DNA from: Raillietiella orientalis
Lineage: Eukaryota
Direction of reading: 5' to 3'
Assembly (NCBI GenBank): GCA_036172245.1
Contig: JAYWIR010000047.1
Coordinates: 62,001 to 126,000, forward strand
Length of the DNA stretch: 64,000 bases
This document shows, piece by piece, positions 51,154-62,399 of this stretch (position 1 is the stretch's first letter; each line of letters starts with the position of its first letter). Under the pieces are notes generated by a model. It was not told where the DNA came from, did not search any database, and saw nothing but the letters and a program-made list of their open reading frames with translations. The position numbers and the translations under genes are program-made.

Positions 51154-53388
51154 CTGGAACTGACAGAGGGACGAGGGCGGCGGTCCACTTCTTGCGGCCT
51201 CCCCGGAGCTGCTCGCTAACGCTCGGAGACATCCATCAGTACTCCAGGCGGCGAGCAAGGAAGCGACTGCTCTCCCGCGAGCAAGGAGGCGAGCCGCCGT
51301 CTCCCTCCCGCGCGCGGGAGGCACGCGCGGGTGAGTCCCCGTCCTGAAGGGTTCCTCACCGCCTTTTCCTCACCTGCCCCTCCTCCCTCCTTTTCCTCCT
51401 CGCGCGTCCCCTCTGCCGCCTGCAGACAGCATGAGCATCCTCTCTCGCGCGTTTCTCGAGGTGGGGAAGGAGAGATTCACCAGCAGCTGGTGGCGGGCGA
51501 CGGCGACGACACGCTCCACCCCCTTCTCCGGCGAGACGGAGGCGATCCACCCTTGACTCCGCTCCGCAAGGTGGTCGCTCCTTCTGCGAGGGAGACGAAG
51601 GCGCTCTTCAGCAACCCTCGCTTTAGCGACCAGGACGCACACAAGCGGCGTCCGAAAGTCCCAATGGAACCTCGAACGAAAACAGGGCTCTCTCCCCTGG
51701 AGGAAAGGACGGAGGGAGCACCAAACCACCGAAAATAAGCGAACGGGCAGGCGGATCTATAGCGAACTGATGCGCAGAGAGATGAACGGGCGAGGACTAA
51801 TGGAGGAGCACCACGTGGATGACGCGAGTGGAAGCAGGCATGCATGTACAGCACGCTCGTACATGTATGGTATGCGGAGACGTGATGGGTAGACAGACGC
51901 GTGAGTGGATCGAGAGCTGGGTAAGGGAGCCGATGCGAAGACTCCTGGAAAGGCGACAGGGTCCCGGCCTGGAGGGATTGCCCGCAGGTGCGGCGACATC
52001 ATTTCGAAGGGCGCTGCCAGTCACCGACCGCAGAGGTGAGCAGCATTCTGCGCCCCTCGACCCCAGCTTCCTTCCGCCTTCTGCCTTCTGCCCTGACCCG
52101 GCAAGTCCACACTGCGGTCTCTGGGACCCGAGACCCAGGCCCACACTCACCGCTGCGGCCAAGGAGCCGGTGGGCGTTGCATTTCGGCCGCGAGGTGCAT
52201 ACGACCTGGAAGACAGCAGCTTGCTTCACCCTCTCCTTCCCTCGCTTCCTCGCGGACTCTGCCGCCGTGGGAGTCTCGCAAGGCGCCGCCACCACCCCCG
52301 CGGACTCTTCGACTTCCTCCCCCCATTGCTGGCGTAGGATCCCGGGTTGTCCAGGCCCTGTGGACGGTCCAACTTCAGTCGACGGAGAGCCTACGACGGC
52401 GGAGTCGGTCCGAGAGTGCCGCAGGATCTACGGCATCTCTTTTGCGACGCGCCCTTGAGGTCTTCCCGCCCGCTTGCCCTCTCCTCTGAGGAAATCGTCC
52501 GGGATGCGCCTTTCCTCCCCCTTCCTGGATAGGACAAGGAAAGGAACACTCGCGAGCTCGCTCAGGAATTTCGTGCCCCCCGGGATGAGGACAGAAAAGA
52601 CGCGTTCCACACAGCCGCAAGGCGTGCAGAAGGGGCGGAGGATCCCTCTGACTCTCTCAGGATCACATGATATGCTCCCGAACCCGTGACTCGCTCCGTT
52701 CCCTTCTGGGTGCGGAGCGTCCACGATGGATAGTTCGCTCCGGCGGCGACGGTGCCAACAGAATGCTCCAAGCCGTTAAGCCCTCGCCTCTCGGAGAGAT
52801 GAGGTAAGGGAGAGGAGGATGCGGAACCGGGCGCACGCGCGCGCGCGCCCGGTCTGTGGAAGGTCCGCCCGGTCCATGTCCTTCCTGGTTTCCGGGAGAA
52901 AACTCGAGCCCTTGCCAAGCAGCACCCTCGAGCCTCCCCGGACGCGATCGGAGGGCGTTGCGGGGGTGGTGGACGATCCCGAAAATGCGTTCCGTCGGCT
53001 GCTTCCGATTTCCTCTTTCGCTTTCTGGCCTTCTCCTCCTTCTCTCCCGTTTTCCCCGCCTTTCCTCGCATCAGGACGAGGCGCACAGCTGCTCGTCATC
53101 CGCACCCGAGTTGCCCAGGCCCGGTGGTTTCTTGCGGAGAGGAAGAGGGGCGCTCCGTCCACTCCTTTTTCTCTCCTCCCCTCCAGGCAGATGATCCCTT
53201 GCAGATCCCTTCCCTGAGGATGTGCCCCGGTTCCGCGGAACGCCCTCGTCTCGATCTAGGCCTTGCCGGCGGAGGCACAGTCCTCTCCGGCCGGGGAAGC
53301 GACCCTCCGGTGTTGTCGGGGCAGACAGCCTGCCGCTTTTCAGGGAGGCATCAGGGGGAGAGGGTGTCCGGGAGCAGCGGGGTCGTAC

Positions 53389-56300
53389 CCAGGCTGTAGC
53401 TTTTCCTCAGCAGGGGGGAGGCGGCGTCGATGAGCCCTGGTGCACGGTCCGCTGGGTCATTTCCGGATGGTTGGCGAAAGATCTCCTCCTCAAGCGTGTC
53501 TGCGGCGTCGCCACTGTTCGGCCGGGATTCCAAGATGGCTGCAGGGGAAGGGGAAGAAGGGGACAGAGGGAGCCTTCCTCCCACCTCCGTCGTCTGCGCC
53601 CTGGGCGTCCACGCAGGACGCGGCGCAGAGCGCCGTGAACCTCCTGGAGCAAGCACTGGCGACGACCCGGTAGCCCAGCCTGGCCGACTTCCGCAGGCAG
53701 AGCCTCTCGCCCTCCGGGTCACGGGCGACCTCCGTGCCGCCGCCGCTGTAACTGCTGTTCACCCATGCGCTGTCTACTCCTGGAGGCGGCAGCGGGGCGA
53801 AGGATGGAGTCTTCGTCCTCGGCAACCCCCTTCCTTCCGCACTCACCGTACGATCGCATGAGGTGGTTGATCTCCGCTTCTGGGTGCTGCACGGCGACGA
53901 GCGAGCTCTGGTAGGCACGGCAGAAGTTTGCTCCTCCCACGTAGGAGGTCGGCCCCATCCCGAACATGAAGCACTTTGAAAATCGGCGAAGGAAGCCTCC
54001 AGGGCAGAGGCATTTCCCTGACTCTGTTGCGTGCAGGGAAACGGCGCGCGCGCGCAATGTCAGTTAAGCCAAGCTCCGAGTAAGAAGTCCTGGCGTCCTA
54101 CTATGGCAAGCATATCCGTCCCCTTCGAAGCCTTCCTGGCACACGCAGGACCCTCTGGCACATTCAGCGTGCGGGTGGCACAGGCTGCAATCTGCCAATT
54201 AGAAGGAGGAGCAGGGGAGGTCATGCTGTCAACCTTGGAAGCGGCCATCGAGGTGCGCTCCTTCTTGATGCTTCGCTTCCCCTAGGATGAAATGTTGCGC
54301 GCGGCGCAGGAAGCGGATGGTGGGACACCTTCTCTGAGACGTGGATGGGGAAGGAGGGGAGGAATCCTTCAACGCTTCTTTGTGCTCTTCGAGAGCAATC
54401 AAGATGACTGGCGCCAACTTTATTGCTCTCAAAGCTCATTAGTTGCTCATCAGGAGCAGCGGGACATCGAGACGATGGGAGCCACTAGGGACATTTCCAG
54501 AAAGCTCCACGGTTGCTCCCTCTCGTAGAGCGATGCTGGAATGCGGGTCGAAATTCCAGCTTTCGTGAAAGACGAATGGGGTGAAAGGGGCTCTTCGGGA
54601 CAGGAAGTAACCCCTTCGGATGAGAAGGGGCAAGAGAAGGCGGCAAGGCTTTCCGACAATCGAAGCGGTTCCAACGGAGTTCGAGTGACCGGGCATTCGC
54701 CCCCTGGCGCTAGTGGATCGCCGCGGGAATGCCCTAGGGGCTCCCGGAGCACCTAAAGGTGGCTCCGAAAGGGAGAGAGGGACGCGTGAACGCGGCGCGG
54801 ACGAGCCAGCGGATCGATACGCAGAGACGCAGACATCCATCTGCAGTTTCCCGGGGCAGCAGTGCGGAGCGTCCCTCTGCGCCGCCGGGAAGAAGGAACG
54901 GGCGAGGGATGCACGTAGGCGCATCGGCGGAGGGATGACCGTGTCCTGGCAACCGGTTTGACGACTGTACGTGCTCAGTGCATCGCAAGTGCCCTCTTTA
55001 AGATGGGGCAGTGAGATGATTCAGGAAACCGATCTAGAAGTCCGGACCGGGACTCCTCCCCCTCAGAGGCGTGCTCTGCCGGAAGCAGCTGAGGAAAATT
55101 CGCTCGTCCCCACCCACTCCTCGACCCCACCTTTGAGAGGTACCTTTCTCGATCCCGCGCCTCCCTGGGCCGCGTCTCCTCCGGCCCTTCACTGTTGTCC
55201 CGCTTGACGCGAAAGGGCGGAACCGCCCTCTTCCTCTTTTACTTTTCCCCTTTCCCCTCGCGCTAAGGAACGGCCCGGATTCGTCTCTCGGAGGATGCTG
55301 TGGAGACGGAGGTTGGCGGGAAGAGGGCGGTTCCCTGGGGAGGATCCACTGCTTGCATACAAGAGCCCCTCGATCCCGAGACGAGGAGCCTTGCATGCTC
55401 TCCCCTGCCTGGAAAGAGGGAGGAAACCGGATCCGGGACGCTCGAACTCGGGTCCGACGGACGCTCGTAGGGAAGCGTCTGAAAAGGTCGCAGCTTGCTT
55501 CCCCACCCCTTCCCTCCCCTTCTCTCCCCTTCCCCCGCTGCTCCAAAACATCCTACTGGAGTGGGTGGGGGTCCTTCCCATTCGCACGCTCGCGATAGGG
55601 GACCGGACCTCATGTAGAAAGGAGCGACCTCGGAACGCCCTCAGAGGCACGATCCTTACCGAAACAGTAGTGACCATCTCCGTAGACGTCGCTGAACCCC
55701 ACCGGGCAGTGGCATCTCCCGGCGCTGCAGAAAGCTGGATGGGGGCACCGGCATGGATCGGAAGGGGTCGCTGGAAACAAGGGAGCGGTGACGGCGCCGA
55801 CCGAGACGAACCGCCGTACCGAGTTTGTCCTTCAGCACGCAGTAGCGGCCGTCCCTGAAGACGTCCAGGTGGGTCGACGGGCACGCGCATGTGCCGGCGA
55901 CGCAGTAGGAGGGAGCTCTGCAGCTAGCGGGACACCCGCTCCGCGCTTCCGCGGGAGAGCTACCTGTCGAGAGCTCGGTTCCTGGAAGGCACGGGGGTCA
56001 GTTCCTCCGCAGAGGTGCTCCTCGCGGAACAGCAGCGGCAGCACCTCGCCTGCCCCTCGGGGGCGCCGGGTCCGAGCTCTGCGATACCGCCGCGAAGGTT
56101 TCTCCCTCCTCCTTCCCCCTACCGCTCTTGGGGCTCGAAGAGATGGCTCCTCGAGGAGCGTGGTTCTTCCGCGGAGTCGGAAGGATCAGAGGAAGCGAGA
56201 AACAGCAGGGACGAGAGGAAGTCGGGATGCCGTCTTCTGAGCTCGCCGAGCCGGGATCCCCTGCGGCGAGGTAGCGACCGGCAGAGCAGCAGTAGCTGCT

Positions 56301-57021
56301 CTAACGGCCGCGTGGTTGCGGCCTCTGCCAATGTGGCACCGACCGTCACGGGTTCGAATCTAGCCCGAGGCCAAGCATCGAAGTCGAGAAACGGAGGAGG
56401 GATGCGTCATGTGTTTTCAGAGTCCTCCCCCCCTTCTCCAGCAGGATGACGCTGGTTGGCCCACGGTCTTCGGATGCGCTACAGGCTGCCTCCGTTATCC
56501 GGTCGGGATTGAAAGTGGGCTCTCTGATGTCCTTCCAGGAACCAAGAAGACGGTTCCCTTTGGGTTTCCCCACCGGCTGCGGAAACGGAGCCATAACCAT
56601 GGATCCTGCTCGATGTCCCCCTCGGAGGGTCTCCTCAAGAATGTGAGGCGCGCTGCTCCCTTCAATATGGCACCAGTCGCCCTTCAGTAGTTTGGCAGCG
56701 TCCCTTCGGTGTTCTCTTCAGAGGAGGAAGCAGGGAGCAGGTTCTTTCCGGGAGTTCCTCCGGAGAGGATGAGAGGGAGGTCCCTCCGTATGTGAAAACT
56801 GAGCCGCTTTCACCCGCAGAAGGCAACTACCCATCGCGCACACCATTAAGCTAGTTGATACCTCCCTCAGAAGGGTGGCACTTCTTGCAGAGTGTAAGAA
56901 GCAACGAAGCGGCGGCGCTCAGCAATGGCGGCCCGAAGGCGAGCTGTGTGGGTTCGACGCAGGTCGGCAAGTCCTCGGACGGAGCCGACAGCGATCTGGA
57001 AGTCCAGGACTTTCCGTGCAT
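53389..57021 (-). CDS. Secreted-type protein with 2 EGF/EB-like modules and a C-type lectin-like domain (5' part of the EGF/CTL locus)
   Basis: Phase-consistent exons 57021-56862 (ATG; hydrophobic PLLSAAASLLLTLC), 56260-56123, 56078-55964, 55917-55820 (SYCVAGTCACP..YC), 55770-55660 (C..FCSAGRCHCPVGF..YC), 54023-53847 (CPGGF..KCF..ANFCRAYQSSLVAV), 53779-53585 (SAWV..C..C..FTALC) and 53538-53389. The first three exons are less certain. Confidence 0.72.
56298..56790. mobile_element. Dispersed repeat copy 1: tRNA-like segment (+) joined to an RTE-like 3' end (-), in intron 1 of the lectin locus
   Basis: A-box-like ggccgcgtggtt (~56306) and B-box ggttcgaatc (56351-56360). The body aligns by eye, inverted, to 59290-59804 (gatgacgctggt, ggctgcctccgtt, gtccttccagga, gttcctccggaga). 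Confidence 0.75.
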
Positions 57022-57254
57022 TTATGTTTCTTTTTTATGACCTTTATGGTACATATTATTCTGTATACACGTAAGCACATTACAAATTATATCGACAACA
57101 TGCACATTATTGCATGTTAACACACATATGTGTGTAAAGATAAATTACTGAAACTAATATGTATGTCGATACATATTAATAAACACGTATTTTAAAGTAA
57201 ATTGCATTTCGCTTTCTATATAAATCTACATAATAAGCACATCCGTCCTGCGCT

Positions 57255-57591
57255 TGGAGGTACCTCGGTACTCGTCGATAGTTCGTTCCGGAACTCGTGA
57301 CGAGTGCCGAAACAGAGGAGTACCCAACGAATTTTTCCATATAACTATGATTAACTCTTAAAATGCACGGAAGTACACAAAAAAGAAACAACTCGGGAAG
57401 CTCTCCGTGGAAGTGTTCGGAGCTGTTCGCGATCTACTACGAGACTGAAGCGTTCACTTGTTTCATCATGAGTGAGTGTCGAGTTCCGAGCATGCACCGA
57501 GTGTCGAAACATTTTTTTTTACTTCCTCAAAGTGCGACGAGTACTGAGTTTGAAGGGTTCCTACACCATCGAGTACCGAGGTGCCACTGTA
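57255..57591. mobile_element. MITE / non-autonomous Tc1-mariner-pogo-type element, TIR CAGTGG(T/C)ACCTCGGTACTCG
   Basis: Left ggtacctcggtactcg (57259-57274, outer bases decayed). Right cgagtaccgaggtgccactg (57570-57589) followed by TA. Internal cgagt(a/g/t)c(c/t)ga sub-repeats. The same TIR recurs at 63980. Confidence 0.8.
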
Positions 57592-57749
57592 TTTTATTTT
57601 TTTCATAATCTTCATAATGCATATTAATCTGTACATAAAATTTACAGCAATATGTACAGCTAGCACATGGATCTCTAAGACCTTTCGGGATTTTGATCAC
57701 TCATGCGTTTCGAGCCCAACTCCCAACGACAGACCTGCGTCCCAGGATG

Positions 57750-59804
57750 CAGGGTGCGGATGCACAGCGTGGATGTCGGCTACCGTGGAAGACGTGCAGG
57801 TTCGCGCGAACGGCAGAGGCTGCATCTCGGCCTCCTCACTGCTTCCCGCGTTTCCGGGATTTGGATCGATGGGAAGGAGGGCGAGTTCTCCAGGAGGCGG
57901 GTTTGGGATTTCGTGCCGGCACGGGATCCGTCGTCTTCCCCAGGCAGGCTGGGGATCTGGCTCCCCAAGGGATCGGGACCCCACGGGAGAGCTCCTGCAA
58001 TCCTCTTCCGGTTGTGAAGATAGGCGGAGGAGATCCCGGAGGTGGCGCCGCGGGTGCTGATCTGCTTCGGGCGTGGCTCGACGTAAGAGCTCTTCTCTAC
58101 CCTCCCGGGCTAACTGGCCAGGAAAGTCCGGGTCGACGATGATCCTGTGGACCGACTCCACTCTGCCATTCCTTGGAAGGGACCCCTCTCCTGCACCTGC
58201 AGATCCCTTCCGAACCTTCGCCGACGAGCCCTCGAACTTGGAAGAGGCGCGGCAGTCGGAACGGATGCAGAGTTCTCGACACGGGATTCCTGCCGGAATG
58301 CGCCCACTTTACCTCCAAGTCAGTCCGTGTCTCGGGAGTCACAAGGAGAGTTCCTCTTCCGACCAGAATTCGTCTTCTCTGCGGTCCCTGGTGGTCTTCG
58401 GATAGATGAACCCCGCTCATGGGGTGGTGCCGTGTGCTGTGCATCACGAACGAAACGAACCCGTGGATCACGTGGGAATGCACAGCAACAGAGCGCTCCC
58501 ATTTTAGGTGGATTAGGGCACAATGCTGGACAGCGCTTGGCGGCCGGATGCCTTTCGAGTGACCTTCCGCAATACGAACGCCGACGCAGATCATGGATGG
58601 CGCGGGAACGACGATCAGCGGCAATCGAAAGGAACCAAGTGGTCTGAATCCACGTCTTGCTTGGCAACCTGACCGTGCCAGAGGGATGACCACGCTGCGC
58701 AAGGAACGCGGAAGAACGGAGAGTTGGCTTTCTTATGAGTAAGAGCCGGGGTGGACGCTGCCTCCTTTGGGAACGACCCGCTTCTGGAAGGCAGCGGGAA
58801 GGATAGACGCGCATGTCGCGGTCCTTGCAGGTGTCTGTGCTGCGGGGAAAGCGGGCGCCAAAGCCCCGCGCGAGGTTCCCCGAGGCAAGCGCGGGTCGTC
58901 CTCGGCACGCGAGTGCCGGATCCTCTGCGCACTGACCACGTGACCGCGCTTTTCCGGAGAGGCTGGTCTGGGGTTTGCGGAAAACTCGCAGCAGAACTTT
59001 CCGCATTCAGTCCATCACGAAGATCCCCTCTTCCCTCTTGTACCACTCCTCACCTCCCTTTTTTTTTGGAAGGGGGGGGGGGAATGGTCTCAAGAAGTGC
59101 TGGAGAACCGTTCATCTCCCTAGAGAGGAGCTCACAGAGCTCTTTAGCGCTGTCCACGCCACCCGAGGGTGCGTGTCACCCTTCAAGTTACAGGAGGTTA
59201 CCGTGGAGCGACCACCCTATGGATACAGAAAGGGCTCCGGAGGAGAACGTCCGTCCTTCTTACGCTTAAGAGTGAACTCCTAAGGGAACCACTTCCTTAT
59301 TCTCTCCGGAGGAACCCCCTGGATAAGTCCACTCCTCGCTTCTCCAAAGGGAACCGGAAAGGATCCGCTCCTAGAATCCCTGCTCCGATGGAACCCGCTA
59401 CGGGACTGCTCCTCGTTTCTTCCTCTGAAGTGGACCTCGGAGAAATGCTTTCCAATTTTCCTGATGGACTCTCCTGACATTCTGGAGAAGCGACCCCAAG
59501 GAGGAAATAAACCAGTTCCGTGGTAACGGTCCCATTTTCGCAACTGGAAGGGAACCCCGACTGGCTCTCTGAAGTCCTGGAAGGACCACAGAAGGTTCAC
59601 TTCCAATCCTGCCCAGTCAACGGAGGCAGCCAATCGCACCTGTGACGCACCCGAAGCCCGTGGGTCGACCAGCGTCATCTTGAGGAGGAAACTCGAAACC
59701 TACGACGCGCCCGTTTTTCGGTGTCGACTTTTCCCTAGGTGAGATTCGAACCCGCGACGCTTGCTGCCGAGCTCGGGAGCCTCAGCCGCGCGGTCGCCAA
59801 ATGC
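57750..59804 (+). mobile_element. Decayed, internally deleted RTE-clade LINE (APE endonuclease plus 3' end) ending in an antisense tRNA-like segment
   Basis: Ordered endonuclease motifs: TAWMSAT (~WNVRT), VLQEAG (~LQETR), NAPT..SQGEFL..FSAVP (~YAPT..EFY..VP), LVVFG*MN (~GDFN), RTDH (~SDH). Then NWKGTPTGSLKSWKD (~WKRP.G...KTW.D) near 59540, and gattcgaacc (reverse B box) at 59743-59752. Confidence 0.65.
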
Positions 59805-61238
59805 GGGCATTCCATGTTACGTGGGGCAGCGTCTCTGCGCAGTGCGCCACGGGGAACGCTCCCAGATCCCTGCTGAATCGTGAATGAGCTAACCGAAAAC
59901 CATCGTGTCTGTTGCACCACTTCACCAAAGTTTCCGCAGAGGTCACAGAATTTATTTACAAGATTTACTCTTGCTGAACATCACCACTGGTGGAAGGGCA
60001 CAGAGTTGCTCACGTTTCCTATCTCTTCAGAGTTTGCACAGCAGTTGGGCTGATCGCCGCAAGGTGCGCTCTGGAATTTTCCCTCGGAACGAAAAGGCGG
60101 TCACGTTTGTTTCCGAACGCTACGTCATCTGCTCTCCCTACAGATGATTGCCTAGCTTTCCCTTTCGAAACGGAGAGCGCTTAGAGGATGAAGGACGGGT
60201 GAATCTGAAGATTCCAGCCCAACCCAGCCCAACGGGCGCCTTAGTTACGATCGCCTCTTCATTCCTGGAGCTCCCGGGGCACTTTGAATGATTGCCCATT
60301 CTTCTATGCTCTTTTGCCCCGTTTGCCCGTGAATATGAATTCCCCGTTCCCGTTCCACGGGACACCCGAGTTCCCGCTCTGCCACCGGACCCGTTCCCAG
60401 CTCGGAAGTGTATACGGTCTCGTTTCAACCCCACCTCCTCTCCGACTTCCTCGCGATTGGAGAGCCACGACTAATGCCATTCCCCACTGCTCTCTGACGG
60501 GAGAGCGGGAAGCGAACTGTTGATATACGAAGACACACACACACACTGGTCTGACGGACGAACTATAGTGACCACCATCGATGGAACTCGGCTAGCAGAC
60601 GCTGCGACCCCAAGTGCCGCACCGAAGGGACTACTGCGTTGGAGTGAGCTGCTGGGAATCCCACAGGAAGTCTTCGAGTGGCCCCCAACGCTATAGAACA
60701 ACCAGTCCCTCCCCCTGAATTGGAAGGAGTCGGCACTTCTGCTGTTGCACTGAGGTCTCCTGTGGAACGCCCACCAGTCTTACTGGACCTGGGTGGCGGT
60801 GAACCCCAACTGTTGCAGATGCGGGGAACGGGAATCCCATCTCCCGCACCTGCTCGTAGACTGCGTTGCCCTCCGGCCCCTGTGCACCGACGGACAATCC
60901 CAAAGACGTGAACTCAGCTGTTTCTTTGTTATTTCTTAATAATAAAGCCCCGGCGCGCCCGGGTGATAAACCATCGATGGAACATTGAAGCATCACTCCT
61001 TACCATAATGAATTACGGACACGCATTACCAAGCGTAGTGGAAGCGGCAACCTAAAAGCTGCACCATGACCACATGTGCTCGAAGGGTCAAAGCTCTCCC
61101 GTTTCATTTCCTAGCAATTTCTCCTTCAACATCTTTCCATCCATACGAGGAAGAAGATGTTGCATAAATGACATAATGTGGAAGAACAGATTGGATATGA
61201 CTTTCAATCTAGCAGTGGATCTTTCGAAAGGACAATGT

Positions 61239-61830
61239 GCACAGAAAGGCCAGTGCTCGTCTTGCAGAGCGTAGTCTTAGAGAACAGCCACTCTGCCATA
61301 AACGAAAAAGCACATTCGACATACTGCGGGCTATTTGCTCTTCATCGGCGTCTGTTTACCATTGCAAAAGACGTGAACCGTCCACGTTAGAAGTACATTA
61401 GAAGGAAGGAGATTAGAAGCAGGGAAACGAGACCCCAGTTAGGTAGACTGTAGTGAAAGTAACAGCATAGGGTTTCTTGCTGCCTCATCACGCACGAAGA
61501 ACGAGCTCAAAGGAAAGTCCGTCCACTTCCAAGAGTTCCCTGAATGCCCACAGTCGCACTGCTTGCGAATCGCAATCGGTGCATTCCTACCCAAGCGGAG
61601 TCCGCAGCGCACTTGGTGAAAATGCTCGCTTGATTTGAACAGCAATATCTGCGCTTACCTTTTAAGAAGGTGGGCCAGTGATTGAGGTCCACTTCATCGA
61701 CCACACTGAGACCATTCAGTGCTACAGAGAGCACGGAAAATTAGTCGCCTCTGCTGCCACGATCCAATACAGTGCCATAATTTGCGCCAGTTTGGAACCT
61801 TAGCTTGAATACACTCTCACATCCTCCGTG
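61239..61830 (-). pseudogene. Frameshifted C-type lectin domain gene remnant
   Basis: CTL motifs in the correct order but in different frames: SWQQ.RLI, LSVVDEVDLNHW, DSAWVGMH (WVGMH 61593-61579), WKWTD (61531-61517), EC...W....CKTS + LAFLC (61253-61239). Confidence 0.6.
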
Positions 61831-62399
61831 GATGAAAGTGGTGCCATCTCAACTGAACCGCGATGTCCACAAAGTGTGGTCGCGTAAGCAGCTGATTTCA
61901 CACGTAGCGGACGCTCATCGGTAAAACGGTACATTAAGGTGACTGTCCCGAGTACTTGCCATTGCCTCGTTCATTCATTTTTTTTTTTTCTCTGTAGCGA
62001 TTTTTATCGAACAGTTTCCATGGAAAGGAAGTTAAAAAAATTTGTGTGTGTGTTTTCTTTGGTCCCGACAGCCTGTCCTTTTCCGTTCATGACCCTGTGA
62101 AGGAAAACTCAGTTTGTACGCATAAACGAAAACGTTCTCCGTCGAGGACATCTTGCCCCAGAAAATGCCAGAGATGGCTTGGGGGGAACGAAACAGCTCC
62201 GTTTTCCTGGAATCAGTCGGAAACACGCCCTCCCGCTCTAAGCACGAAGTGATGAGCAGGCGTTTGTAAACGGAAAAGGACAGGCGTTCAAGATGGGGGG
62301 AGGGGAAGAAAATAAATAAATAAATGGAAAACATAATTACCACTTGTAGAATCCGGGTGCGACACACGTATGTACAGGATGTGGAACAGAAAGTGCACG

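Noticed and set aside
56298..56371. Functional tRNA gene (also at 59733-59804 on -)
   Set aside because: A/B-box-like motifs are present, but I see no convincing acceptor or anticodon stem and no T-run terminator. Both copies sit within a diverged ~500-bp repeat.
42498..60150. Numerous overlapping 100-260 aa Arg/Pro/Gly/Ser-rich ORFs
   Set aside because: Expected by chance in high-GC DNA. The real signal is the short spliced exons and LINE remnants already listed.
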